Source: Candidatus Saccharimonadota bacterium (GTDB lineage: Archaea > Micrarchaeota > Micrarchaeia > Micrarchaeales > Micrarchaeaceae). Taken from it: a DNA stretch of 32,000 nucleotides. Positions within the stretch are counted from its first letter, which is position 1. Every line of letters starts with the position of its first letter. The stretch lies in assembly GCF_002214165.1 (NCBI RefSeq), contig NZ_CP019964.1:270001-302000 (forward strand), read 5' to 3'. Shown in pieces: positions 8,570 through 15,931 of this stretch. The translations under genes and the position numbers were made by a program. The notes under the pieces were generated by a model that was not told the DNA's origin, searched no databases, and saw nothing but the letters and a program-made list of their open reading frames with translations.

Positions 8570-9331
8570 ATGGAAGTAGATAATGATTATTTCAAGGAAT
8601 GGTTCTCTGAAGAGCAAATAATAAAAAGAAAAATACAGTTAACCTTTCTTTATTCGATATTTAAATACAAAAATAATTCAATAATCTTCAAAGGAGGAAC
8701 TGCATTGGACCTATTCTATAATTCAGGTAGATTTTCCTAAGACCTTGATTTTGATATATTAAACAGAGATAGCTTATCTAATATAAATGAAGCAATAGAA
8801 AATTTTGCAAATTCCGGTAAATATATTATATTCAATGATTGGGAGAACGAAAGAAATGTAAATAAATCTTTTGTAAGGCACTACATAAAGATTTCTTCGG
8901 ATGAATATGATAAGGTAATTGATTTCACCATCGATTGCAGTATAGACAATCACTTTTTGGATTCTGAAGAGCGCATTCTGAATTACAACGATTCTATTAT
9001 CAGGATACCTGTAATGAACCATAAAGAAATTGTAGCTGAGAAAGTTTCAGCAATATTGTCAAGAGAGAAAGCCCGTGATTTATACTGCCTATATTACTTG
9101 GTTTTTGTCAAGAATGTAAAAATCAATATGAAGTACGTTTATATGAAATGCAAAAAGCAGTTATCTGATAATAAGCCTGAGGATTATTCGTTTAACCTAT
9201 TTGAAAAAAGAGTTAAAGGATTGAAAAACAAATGGAGCGAGCTAGAGCCCTTATTGAGCAACTATAAGGCTTATAACTACGATAAAATATCGGGTGATAT
9301 ATTGCATATTTTTAAGCTGCTCAGCCTTTGA
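8570..9331 (+). pseudogene. AbiEii/AbiGii-family nucleotidyltransferase toxin (DUF1814), interrupted by one in-frame TAA at codon 57
   Basis: A single frame runs from ATG 8570 (GGTGG SD at 8560..8564) to TGA 9329..9331: MEVDNDYFKEW...IIFKGGTALDLFYNSGRFS*DLDFDILNRD.... The hallmark is FKGGTAL...RFSEDLDF. TAA at 8738..8740 sits where the E (GAA) is expected. The track ORF 8957..9331 is the in-frame tail. Confidence 0.75.
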
Positions 9332-9397
9332 TATAGATGCATACGTTAACTATGTAGTTTTACAAACAGATTGCCTATAAAAGGATTATGAAAAGAT

Positions 9398-9721
9398 TTA
9401 TCTTTCAAGTTTTTTAGGGCAAATCCCAAGCTTGCATCCATATTTTTCTAATTCTACAAGCTGCTCCTTATGAAATCCCAAAAATATCCCTTTGCCTTTT
9501 CCTCCAACATAAAGGTTTCCTTTTAGTTTAACAATTTTACCAAGAATAACACTCGTCAAATACAAAATATGGCCCTTGAATTGTATGGTTACTTTGCCAT
9601 TTTCCCAGTCCACTTCAGGATAATCACTGTGCCTTGGCAGAATTGCTTTCCCTAATGCAGGATCCTCTATATCTATATGCGTGACTCTTGCTCTAGCATA
9701 CCCCTTTATCAAATTTGGCGT
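9398..9721 (-). pseudogene. 3' part of a small hypothetical gene split by the IS insertion
   Basis: The track ORF 9398..9892 is a chimera that reads through the IS left end. The genuine host part is ...TPNLIKGYARARVTHIDIEDPALGKAILPRHSDYPEVDWENGKVTIQFKG...GICPKKLER*. It joins in frame to 11069..11152 when the IS is removed. Confidence 0.6.
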
Positions 9722-9725
9722 AAAA

Positions 9726-9746
9726 CCCACACGCTTCAGCGGTGGG
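9726..9746 (+). repeat. Left-end bulged hairpin of IS copy 1
   Basis: CCCAC A CGC TTCA GCG GTGGG read directly. Confidence 0.8.
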
Positions 9747-9800
9747 ATATAAGCCACCACAACATGTATAAATACAGATAATAAAATATACATGTTTTGT

Positions 9801-11012
9801 ATGAAAACTGCATACAAATATCGTGCATATCCTTCAAAGGAACAGAAGGGAACTCTGAATAGACAGATGTATCTTTCAAAGGAACTATACAACCTGCTTC
9901 TTGAAAAGTCAAAGTCATATTACAAGGAGACAGGAAAAACCTTAACGGAATTCAGGATGAACGGTTGGATAACCAAATTAAAGAAGGAAAAACCGGAATT
10001 TGCGGAAATCCATTCCCAGGTTCTTCAGAATATCTCAAAAAGAGTGTCAGATGCATACAAACATTTCTTCTTGAGGTGCAAGGAGAAGAAGCAAGGAAAG
10101 AAGGTAAAGGCGGGATTTCCAAGATACAAGAAGTTCGTATCATCTTTGACATATCCTCAAACCAATGGCTTCAAGATAGAGAAGAAGAAGGTTGAACTTT
10201 CAAAAATAGGAAGGATAAATTTCGTGAACCACAGAAATATTGAAGGAGGAATAAAAACATTAAATATAAAGAAGACAAAATCACAGGAATGGTACATCAC
10301 GATTGCTGTTGAAAAGGAGGACAAGCCATTCATTTCAAACGGTAAACCGAAGATTGGTATTGATTTAGGAATAATGCAATATGTCGCGCTTTCGGACAAT
10401 ACAATACTCCAAAACGCAAAGATAACAAAACACCAGAGGAAACATTCAAGAGTCCTTCAACAAAACATATCGAGGAAGGAGAAGGGATCATCCAACAGAA
10501 GAAAGGCAGTGGCAAGATTTGCAAGATACTCAGAGCACATTTCAAGGATAAGATTGGATTGCATCCACAAGATTTCAAATGAACTGGTGAATTCTTATTC
10601 ATTCATCGCGTACGAAGATTTAGAGATAAACAATATGGTGAAGAACCACAGATACGCAAAATCGATAAGTGAATCTTCTTGGGGAAATTTCACACAATTG
10701 CTGCAATACAAGGCTGAAAGCGCTGGTTGCGTGGCAATGAAAGTGAATCCTCAATATACATCAATGACATGCAGCAAATGTGGCAATGTGCAAAGCATGT
10801 CAATATCCCAAAGGATATTCGTCTGTGAAAAGTGCGGGATGTCAATGGACAGGGATGTGAATGCGGCACAAAATATACTAAAGAGAGCTTTGGACTCCAT
10901 CAGTCCAACTACCGAAGGGCATTCGGGAAGTCAAGCCTGCAGAGACGACATAAGACCTTCCGCAGGGGAGGCAGTTGCCTATGAAGCAGGAACTATACAG
11001 GTGGCATCATGA
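9801..11012 (+). CDS. tnpB: TnpB (OrfB) RNA-guided RuvC-like nuclease of IS200/IS605 family
   Basis: MKTAYKYRAYPSKEQ... N-terminus. RuvC residues are in IGIDLGI, AYEDLEI and MDRDVNAAQNI. The zinc finger is CSKCG...CEKCG. The track start 9792 (MFC-) is less likely than ATG 9801. Confidence 0.9.
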   Translation: MKTAYKYRAYPSKEQKGTLNRQMYLSKELYNLLLEKSKSYYKETGKTLTEFRMNGWITKLKKEKPEFAEIHSQVLQNISKRVSDAYKHFFLRCKEKKQGKKVKAGFPRYKKFVSSLTYPQTNGFKIEKKKVELSKIGRINFVNHRNIEGGIKTLNIKKTKSQEWYITIAVEKEDKPFISNGKPKIGIDLGIMQYVALSDNTILQNAKITKHQRKHSRVLQQNISRKEKGSSNRRKAVARFARYSEHISRIRLDCIHKISNELVNSYSFIAYEDLEINNMVKNHRYAKSISESSWGNFTQLLQYKAESAGCVAMKVNPQYTSMTCSKCGNVQSMSISQRIFVCEKCGMSMDRDVNAAQNILKRALDSISPTTEGHSGSQACRDDIRPSAGEAVAYEAGTIQVAS

Positions 11013-11037
11013 TGACAAATTATAACCACCCTGGAAG

Positions 11038-11058
11038 CCCACACTGTTTACAGGTGGG
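11038..11058 (+). repeat. Right-end bulged hairpin of IS copy 1
   Basis: CCCAC A CTG TTTA CAG GTGGG, followed by AGGATGTCAC, which ends at 11068. Confidence 0.8.
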
Positions 11059-11068
11059 AGGATGTCAC

Positions 11069-11152
11069 GTGAAGATATATCTTTGCATCTGGAAGAGCTT
11101 TGCCATCAAGTTTTATTTTGCCTTTTATTGGTATTTTTCCTTCTGCAACCAT
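11069..11152 (-). pseudogene. 5' part (28 codons) of the small hypothetical gene split by the IS
   Basis: ATG at 11152, MVAEGKIPIKGKIKLDGKALPDAKIYLH, then the frame runs into the IS right end and stops (..VTSSHL*). A TATA-like TTTTTATATATATT lies about 25-35 nt upstream on the minus strand. Confidence 0.55.
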
Positions 11153-11419
11153 TTTACCAGTTAATAGTGAGATAATATATATAAAAATTTTTCTTCTATA
11201 AGTGGCTCTGTTCCATCAATTCCCAAATTAAAACATCTTCTGACTTAAGCTGTATTTATCGCAGCAAATTAGCTTTATTGCTTTTGATTATGCCAAAATT
11301 ATCCAAATTTATGGGTATTACATCTTTTGTGTTACTCACAATTTCCAAAATAAACTATGAAAATCTCTCAATCTTTTATAAATAAAACTTTCCTATAAGC
11401 AATATCAAAATAGTCATGC

Positions 11420-11644
11420 TTACTTATCATCTTTCCTAAGGGTATTATCATCTTCTCCTTTTTCAATCTCTTCCCTAGACTGTCTTTTTAGCATTTTAAT
11501 GCCCTTTTGTATAATCTTATTCTCATCCCTTTCGGATATTATACGATATTTCCGTATAGTTCCATCTGAAGACTTATATTCAAAATAAAGTTCCTCATTA
11601 TCCAAAGGTTTATCTTTTGAATCATGTTTGAGTTTACTGAACAT
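11420..11644 (-). CDS. Hypothetical small charged protein (74 aa from ATG; 77 aa from GTG 11653)
   Basis: MFSKLKHDSKDKPLDNEELYFEYKSSDGTIRKYRIISERDENKIIQKGIKMLKRQSREEIEKGEDDNTLRKDDK. I recognise no motif. It lies downstream of, and on the same strand as, the 215-aa ORF. Confidence 0.35.
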   Translation of the reverse strand: MFSKLKHDSKDKPLDNEELYFEYKSSDGTIRKYRIISERDENKIIQKGIKMLKRQSREEIEKGEDDNTLRKDDK

Positions 11645-11784
11645 TTTAACCACTCCATTTAATCAGGTTGATTGAAAAATAATAATCTTTCGATATTTTA
11701 GCTTGACCAAACCGAATATATTAAACAATTTGGTAAAAGTAAAATAATTAACCGCAAAACAGAAAGCACAACCAAAACAATAAA

Positions 11785-12432
11785 TTAGCCCTTTCTTAGC
11801 TTATCCATAAAGTAATGCATATTCTGTCCTCTAATCTCGTTTATCGTTTTGTATAAATGGCTGTTTTCTTTCATTCTGATTGTTATCTCGTCCAATATAG
11901 ATTCAGTAAATTCCCTCCGCACATCATCTTGAATCCCTTCTCCCATAGAAAGCCTGTTCACAACGTCAATTACCATATCATCTTTTTCGTTTGGCATTAT
12001 TTTAGTATAATTGTAGTAAACAGCATTTGCAAAATATACTGCAAGCCCGTTTATATTGGTTTTTGCATTCTCTATCTCCCTATTACAAGCTATTATCTCA
12101 AGCCTGTCCCTAACCAGTGCTTCCTCAAAGTCTTTAAATCTCTTTATAAATTTATCAGCTTCTAAAGTATCAGCATGCATTCTTAAGTTATCCTCAGCCT
12201 CCAAAATGCCATTATCGTTTGCAAATGCAATATTCAATTTATTTCTGTTTGAAAGTATGCTTTCTCTATACTCGCCATACTTCATAACTATACTGTTAAT
12301 ATAAAGGTTTTCCAATTTATGTGTTGCATCATCAATTGTCATGAATTTATTACTCTCAGCTTTGTACGGAATCATCATCCGTTTACTGCCAAAACGGTTA
12401 TTGTCAACGATATCAACATCCATCCTATCCAC
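11785..12432 (-). CDS. Hypothetical, predicted all-helical protein with a C-terminal Rx4H motif (possible HEPN-like)
   Basis: 215 aa (GTG 12432; ATG 12423 alternative). No family recognised. RGQNMH lies at residues 201-206 (nt 11815..11832). Confidence 0.55.
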   Translation of the reverse strand: MDRMDVDIVDNNRFGSKRMMIPYKAESNKFMTIDDATHKLENLYINSIVMKYGEYRESILSNRNKLNIAFANDNGILEAEDNLRMHADTLEADKFIKRFKDFEEALVRDRLEIIACNREIENAKTNINGLAVYFANAVYYNYTKIMPNEKDDMVIDVVNRLSMGEGIQDDVRREFTESILDEITIRMKENSHLYKTINEIRGQNMHYFMDKLRKG

Positions 12433-12616
12433 TGCTCATCGATACGATAAAAATATATAAATTGCTTTTGTATAACCTCTAATATACTGTTTTTTTATTG
12501 TCAAACATTACTTTCAATTAATCAAAATCAGTATTCTTGGCATAATCAATAAAAAAGCTTGAATTATTTTAAACCATTAATGAGAAAGGCCAAAAATACT
12601 ACAGCTGGATTAGATT

Positions 12617-13336
12617 TCAAAGCTTCTTGCTTTTCTTCCACAGCATTTCAAAGTAACTCTTGAAATTTTTAGAAACTTCCTCTCCCTCTATTAGTATGTA
12701 AGTTGGTTCCCTAGCCCATAATATCAGAACTACTTTATTGCCATATACGTTTATGCTCATGTTTATATAAATTGAGTTAGGGATTGTTCTTATCTCGACT
12801 AATCTTTGGATGCTATAATAAGAAACCCATTCAGAGGATCTATTTGACACAAGAACCCTTTTTCTTATTCCCCTCTTCACTCTTTTTTCTTCCCATCTCC
12901 GTATAAAATCCCCCATTCCACTACCAGTATCAGAGACACCAATTACAAGTTGTTCATCTCCTTTTCTAAGCGTGCCTAAAATATCATTGAATATTGTCCT
13001 GGCCGCTTTTCTACCTTCAAATATAAAGACACTACTGCGTTTCTCCGTAGCCTTCTTAATAAGAGAAAGCCTCTCTGCCATAGCTTCTGCAAGCTCTAGC
13101 TTTTCCTTCTCCGCATCAACTATTCTTGAGGGATCCACCGCGGAAAAGTACTTTATCCTGCCCTTTGTGTAAAAGGTAACAAAACCCTCTTCCATCAAGT
13201 GCTTGAGGCTATTGTAAACCACAGAGCTATAAAGACCGGAGCGTTCCATTATTAGCCCCGTTTTCGAATCACCAAACCTCAAAAGGACTGTATAAACCTT
13301 GCTCTCTGCATTTGTGAACCCAAGTTCTGTAAGCAT
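12617..13336 (-). CDS. TrmB-family transcriptional regulator
   Basis: MLTELGFTNAESKVYTVLLRFGDSKTGLIMERSGLYSSVVYNSLKHLMEEGFV is the TrmB wHTH pattern, followed by a coiled-coil and a C-terminal domain. The track start TTG 13351 adds 5 codons. ATG 13336 is preferred. Confidence 0.75.
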   Translation of the reverse strand: MLTELGFTNAESKVYTVLLRFGDSKTGLIMERSGLYSSVVYNSLKHLMEEGFVTFYTKGRIKYFSAVDPSRIVDAEKEKLELAEAMAERLSLIKKATEKRSSVFIFEGRKAARTIFNDILGTLRKGDEQLVIGVSDTGSGMGDFIRRWEEKRVKRGIRKRVLVSNRSSEWVSYYSIQRLVEIRTIPNSIYINMSINVYGNKVVLILWAREPTYILIEGEEVSKNFKSYFEMLWKKSKKL

Positions 13337-13364
13337 TTGCTCTTCATCCAAAAAATCACTATAT

Positions 13365-13386
13365 TGCTCTCTTTAATTAGAGAGCA
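13365..13386. promoter_or_regulatory. Inverted repeat TGCTCTCT-N6-AGAGAGCA in the divergent TrmB / radical-SAM intergenic region; candidate operator
   Basis: Perfect 8-bp arms (13365..13372 and 13379..13386) read directly. They are G/C-containing arms in otherwise AT-rich spacer DNA. Confidence 0.35.
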
Positions 13387-13433
13387 CATTGTATTATATG
13401 AGAATAGATATAATAATGTATATTGGTGGGTAA

Positions 13434-14738
13434 GTGAAATTAAACGAGAAAATAAATGACTATGAATTCCAGCCAGAAGTATACGCATACCCTACGGCGA
13501 GGTGCTACAAAAAGCTAGATGGATTCTCAGTCGCACAGCTGAAATTCACAGATGAGATTAATGTGTACTTGCATATACCGTTCTGCAGTCAGCTCTGCAC
13601 TTTTTGCGGATATCTTAAAACATTGAATTCAGAGACCCTTAGAAAGGAGTACATATCGGCACTTATAAAGGAAATTAAAATGTATGAAGAGATTATAGGA
13701 GACAAGAAAGTAATATCAGTTAATATTGGTGGCGGGACTCCTTCTCTTCTACAGCCAAACGAACTTGGCGAAATCATTGATGCACTAAAGGCGGCCAATG
13801 AGGGCATACTAAACAATGCCAAGGAAGTGAGCATAGAGGCTACACCGGAATCTGTGGAATATGAAAAATTCAAGGAGTTCAAAGATCTTGGGATAAACCG
13901 CGTGAGCATAGGTGTTGAATCATTTGTGGATAAGGAGATTGGGGTGGCAGGCAGGCACAATGATGGCCAAGTATCATCAAATGCGGTAAAGACCCTTAAG
14001 GAGCTCCGCTTCAGAAATGTCGTCTGCGACCTGATGATAGGCATAGAGGACCAGACAGAAAAGACGTTTTCAGATTCATTGGATACGATGATTGAGCTTG
14101 ATCCTGACACTGTAGAGGTATATGCGCTTGGAGTCATTCCAAGCACAATGATAGGAAAAAGGCATCCGAAGGGCCTGATGGGAAACAGGGAGAAGTATGA
14201 ATGCTACGAAATTGCCCGCAAGAAATTCCTGGAAAAAGGGTATTTTCAGTCCTGCCATAATAGGTATTCGAAGCTTCCAGAGGGAGGATATTTGCAGGAG
14301 GATACCGTATTCAGAGGTGCAAGCCTTATAGGATTAGGGGCTGGCGCCAGGAGCTATGCGCAGAATATCCATTATAGAAATCCATTTGAAGTGTTAGATG
14401 GAAAGGGGGCAATCTCCAGGTATATGAACAAGATAAATTCTGGCAGTTTTGCGGTAGAAACAGGCATTTTCTTATCAGGAGACGAAAGGATGAGAAGATA
14501 TGCAATAGGAAATATAGAATCGCTGGATCTGCATAAGTTTTCCAACCTGTTTGGAGCCGAATTCAGTACTGTATTCAAGGAGGTATATTCAGAGATGATC
14601 TCAACAGGCTGCGCTTATGAAGCAGGTAGCAAATTGAAATTGACTGCGAAAGGTCTGCTATTTAGGGATTTGATAGCAAGGCAGTTATTCTCAAGCAGAG
14701 TTGAGGCACTGGAAGGTCCTTACAGGGCAACTGTGTGA
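13434..14738 (+). CDS. Radical SAM enzyme, HemN/HemW (oxygen-independent coproporphyrinogen-III oxidase-like) family
   Basis: 434 aa. YLHIPFCSQLCTFCGY is the CxxxCxxC cluster motif. GGGTPS and later HemN-type regions are present. GTG start. Confidence 0.75.
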   Translation: MKLNEKINDYEFQPEVYAYPTARCYKKLDGFSVAQLKFTDEINVYLHIPFCSQLCTFCGYLKTLNSETLRKEYISALIKEIKMYEEIIGDKKVISVNIGGGTPSLLQPNELGEIIDALKAANEGILNNAKEVSIEATPESVEYEKFKEFKDLGINRVSIGVESFVDKEIGVAGRHNDGQVSSNAVKTLKELRFRNVVCDLMIGIEDQTEKTFSDSLDTMIELDPDTVEVYALGVIPSTMIGKRHPKGLMGNREKYECYEIARKKFLEKGYFQSCHNRYSKLPEGGYLQEDTVFRGASLIGLGAGARSYAQNIHYRNPFEVLDGKGAISRYMNKINSGSFAVETGIFLSGDERMRRYAIGNIESLDLHKFSNLFGAEFSTVFKEVYSEMISTGCAYEAGSKLKLTAKGLLFRDLIARQLFSSRVEALEGPYRATV

Positions 14739-14742
14739 GATA

Positions 14743-15345
14743 ATGTATGACAAGACAATAATAATATTTGGGTTTTCAGGTTCAGGGAAATCAACTTCCG
14801 CAAATGAAGTTGGCAAAACCCTTAAGCTTAGGGTAGTTCACCCCTCAAGCATACTAAGGAACATTATCGAAAAGAAAGAAGTTGACACAAAGCATACAAC
14901 CCATAATGAAGGATTTTGGGAGAGCAGGGAAGGGATGAAAATGTTTATGGACAGGCTAAACGAAAAGGTGCCTCCAGATGTAATATCAGACAGGATAATC
15001 CTGCGAGAGGCAGAGAAGGGCAATGTGGTGATAGACAGCTGGAGCCTTCCATGGATAGCCAGAAAAGGCATCAAAATTTATTTGAAGGCAGACATTACAA
15101 CAAGAGCGAAGCGCGTAGCTGCCAGGGATGGCATTTCCTATGAAAGCGCACTGAACGCAGTAAGGATAAAAGATAAGGAAACTAGGAGGCTTTTCAAAAA
15201 GGTATATGGATTTGACATAAAGATGGACCTAAAGGTATTTGATTCTATAATATCGACAGATGGCAAGAGCAGAAAAGAGGTAATTGGAGAAATAATAAAT
15301 GTTATAGGGATTAACAAAGTGAGCGGGAAATCCCACACGCTTTAG
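14743..15345 (+). CDS. cmk: Archaeal-type cytidylate kinase (COG1102-like P-loop NMP kinase); the last codons and the stop are supplied by the IS left end
   Basis: MYDKTIIIFGFSGSGKSTSANEVG (P-loop), ...RAKRVAARDGISYESALNAVRIKDKETRRLFKKVYGFDI.... ATG 14743 lies 4 nt after the upstream stop. The track start TTG 14701 overlaps the previous gene. The C-terminus ..NKVSGKSHTL* reads into the IS hairpin. Confidence 0.7.
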   Translation: MYDKTIIIFGFSGSGKSTSANEVGKTLKLRVVHPSSILRNIIEKKEVDTKHTTHNEGFWESREGMKMFMDRLNEKVPPDVISDRIILREAEKGNVVIDSWSLPWIARKGIKIYLKADITTRAKRVAARDGISYESALNAVRIKDKETRRLFKKVYGFDIKMDLKVFDSIISTDGKSRKEVIGEIINVIGINKVSGKSHTL

Positions 15346-15352
15346 CGGTGGG
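15332..15352 (+). repeat. Left-end bulged hairpin of IS copy 2
   Basis: CCCAC A CGC TTTA GCG GTGGG read directly. Confidence 0.8.
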
Positions 15353-15391
15353 ATGAAAGCGAACTGCTGAATAAAGTAAAGGTGTATAAAT

Positions 15392-15898
15392 ATGAATGGT
15401 TATACAAACAACATGGATTCCACAAGAGCCTATAAATTCAGGATCTATCCAGATACTAAAAGGCAGTCTGAGATAGATGAACGGCTAATCCTTGCACAGC
15501 AGTTCTACAACAAGATTCTGGAGAAGTCCATTGAATCCTATAAGAATGGAAAGGCAAAAGCCTCAATAGCACAGTTCAACAGGTTCGTCAAAGAAATAAT
15601 CCAAGATGACAAGAGATACCTGAAACTATACTCGCAGACGAGATGCGAGATTGAATATAGGCTTCTAAAGGCATACCAGAACTTCTTCAGGAGAATCAAG
15701 GAAGGAAACAGGAAGGCAGGATTCCCGAGATTCAGGTCAAGGGATATAAACGCATCAATAAACATACTCAAAAGAGCTACCCTCGGACAGAGGGAAAGTC
15801 ACGCTCAGGGAGAGAGTGTAAGGCCTCAAATGGAGGCAGTTCTCGAGGAACTGAGAACCGATAAAACACATCCTTTGCAGGATGCAGTGACTGCATGA
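15392..15898 (+). pseudogene. tnpB: tnpB remnant: N-terminal ~115 aa fused in frame to the last ~50 aa; the RuvC-I/II motifs and zinc finger are deleted
   Basis: ...STRAYKFRIYPDTKRQ...NRKAGFPRFRSR|DINASINILKRATLG.... Compare copy 1: ...KAGFPRYKKF...[~240 aa]...MDRDVNAAQNILKRALD. The junction is near 15737..15745. An AGGTG SD precedes ATG 15392. Confidence 0.8.
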
Positions 15899-15910
15899 AT
15901 GCGAAGGAAG

Positions 15911-15931
15911 CCCACACCGTTTACGGGTGGG
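15911..15931 (+). repeat. Right-end bulged hairpin of IS copy 2
   Basis: CCCAC A CCG TTTA CGG GTGGG read directly. Confidence 0.8.

Larger units (their letters stand above)
9722..11068 (+). mobile_element. IS200/IS605-family, TnpB-only (IS1341-like) element, apparently intact; no tnpA
   Basis: Sub-terminal hairpins at both ends: LE 9726..9746 CCCAC-A-CGC-TTCA-GCG-GTGGG and RE 11038..11058 CCCAC-A-CTG-TTTA-CAG-GTGGG. The right boundary is set by comparison with the second copy (both end ...GGTGGGAGGATGTCAC). The left boundary is uncertain by about 15 bp (it could begin near 9710). Confidence 0.8.

Noticed and set aside
9398-9892. 164-aa minus-strand ORF offered by the track as a single gene
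   Set aside because: Its N-terminal ~57 codons are read from the reverse complement of the IS left end and the tnpB 5' region. Only 9398..9721 is host coding sequence, and that part continues at 11069..11152.
11009-11015. ATGATGA (C-box-like) at the tnpB stop codon, considered as the start of a C/D-box sRNA
   Set aside because: No CUGA D box or terminal complementarity occurs within the next ~80 nt. The heptamer is explained by the codons GCA TCA TGA TGA.
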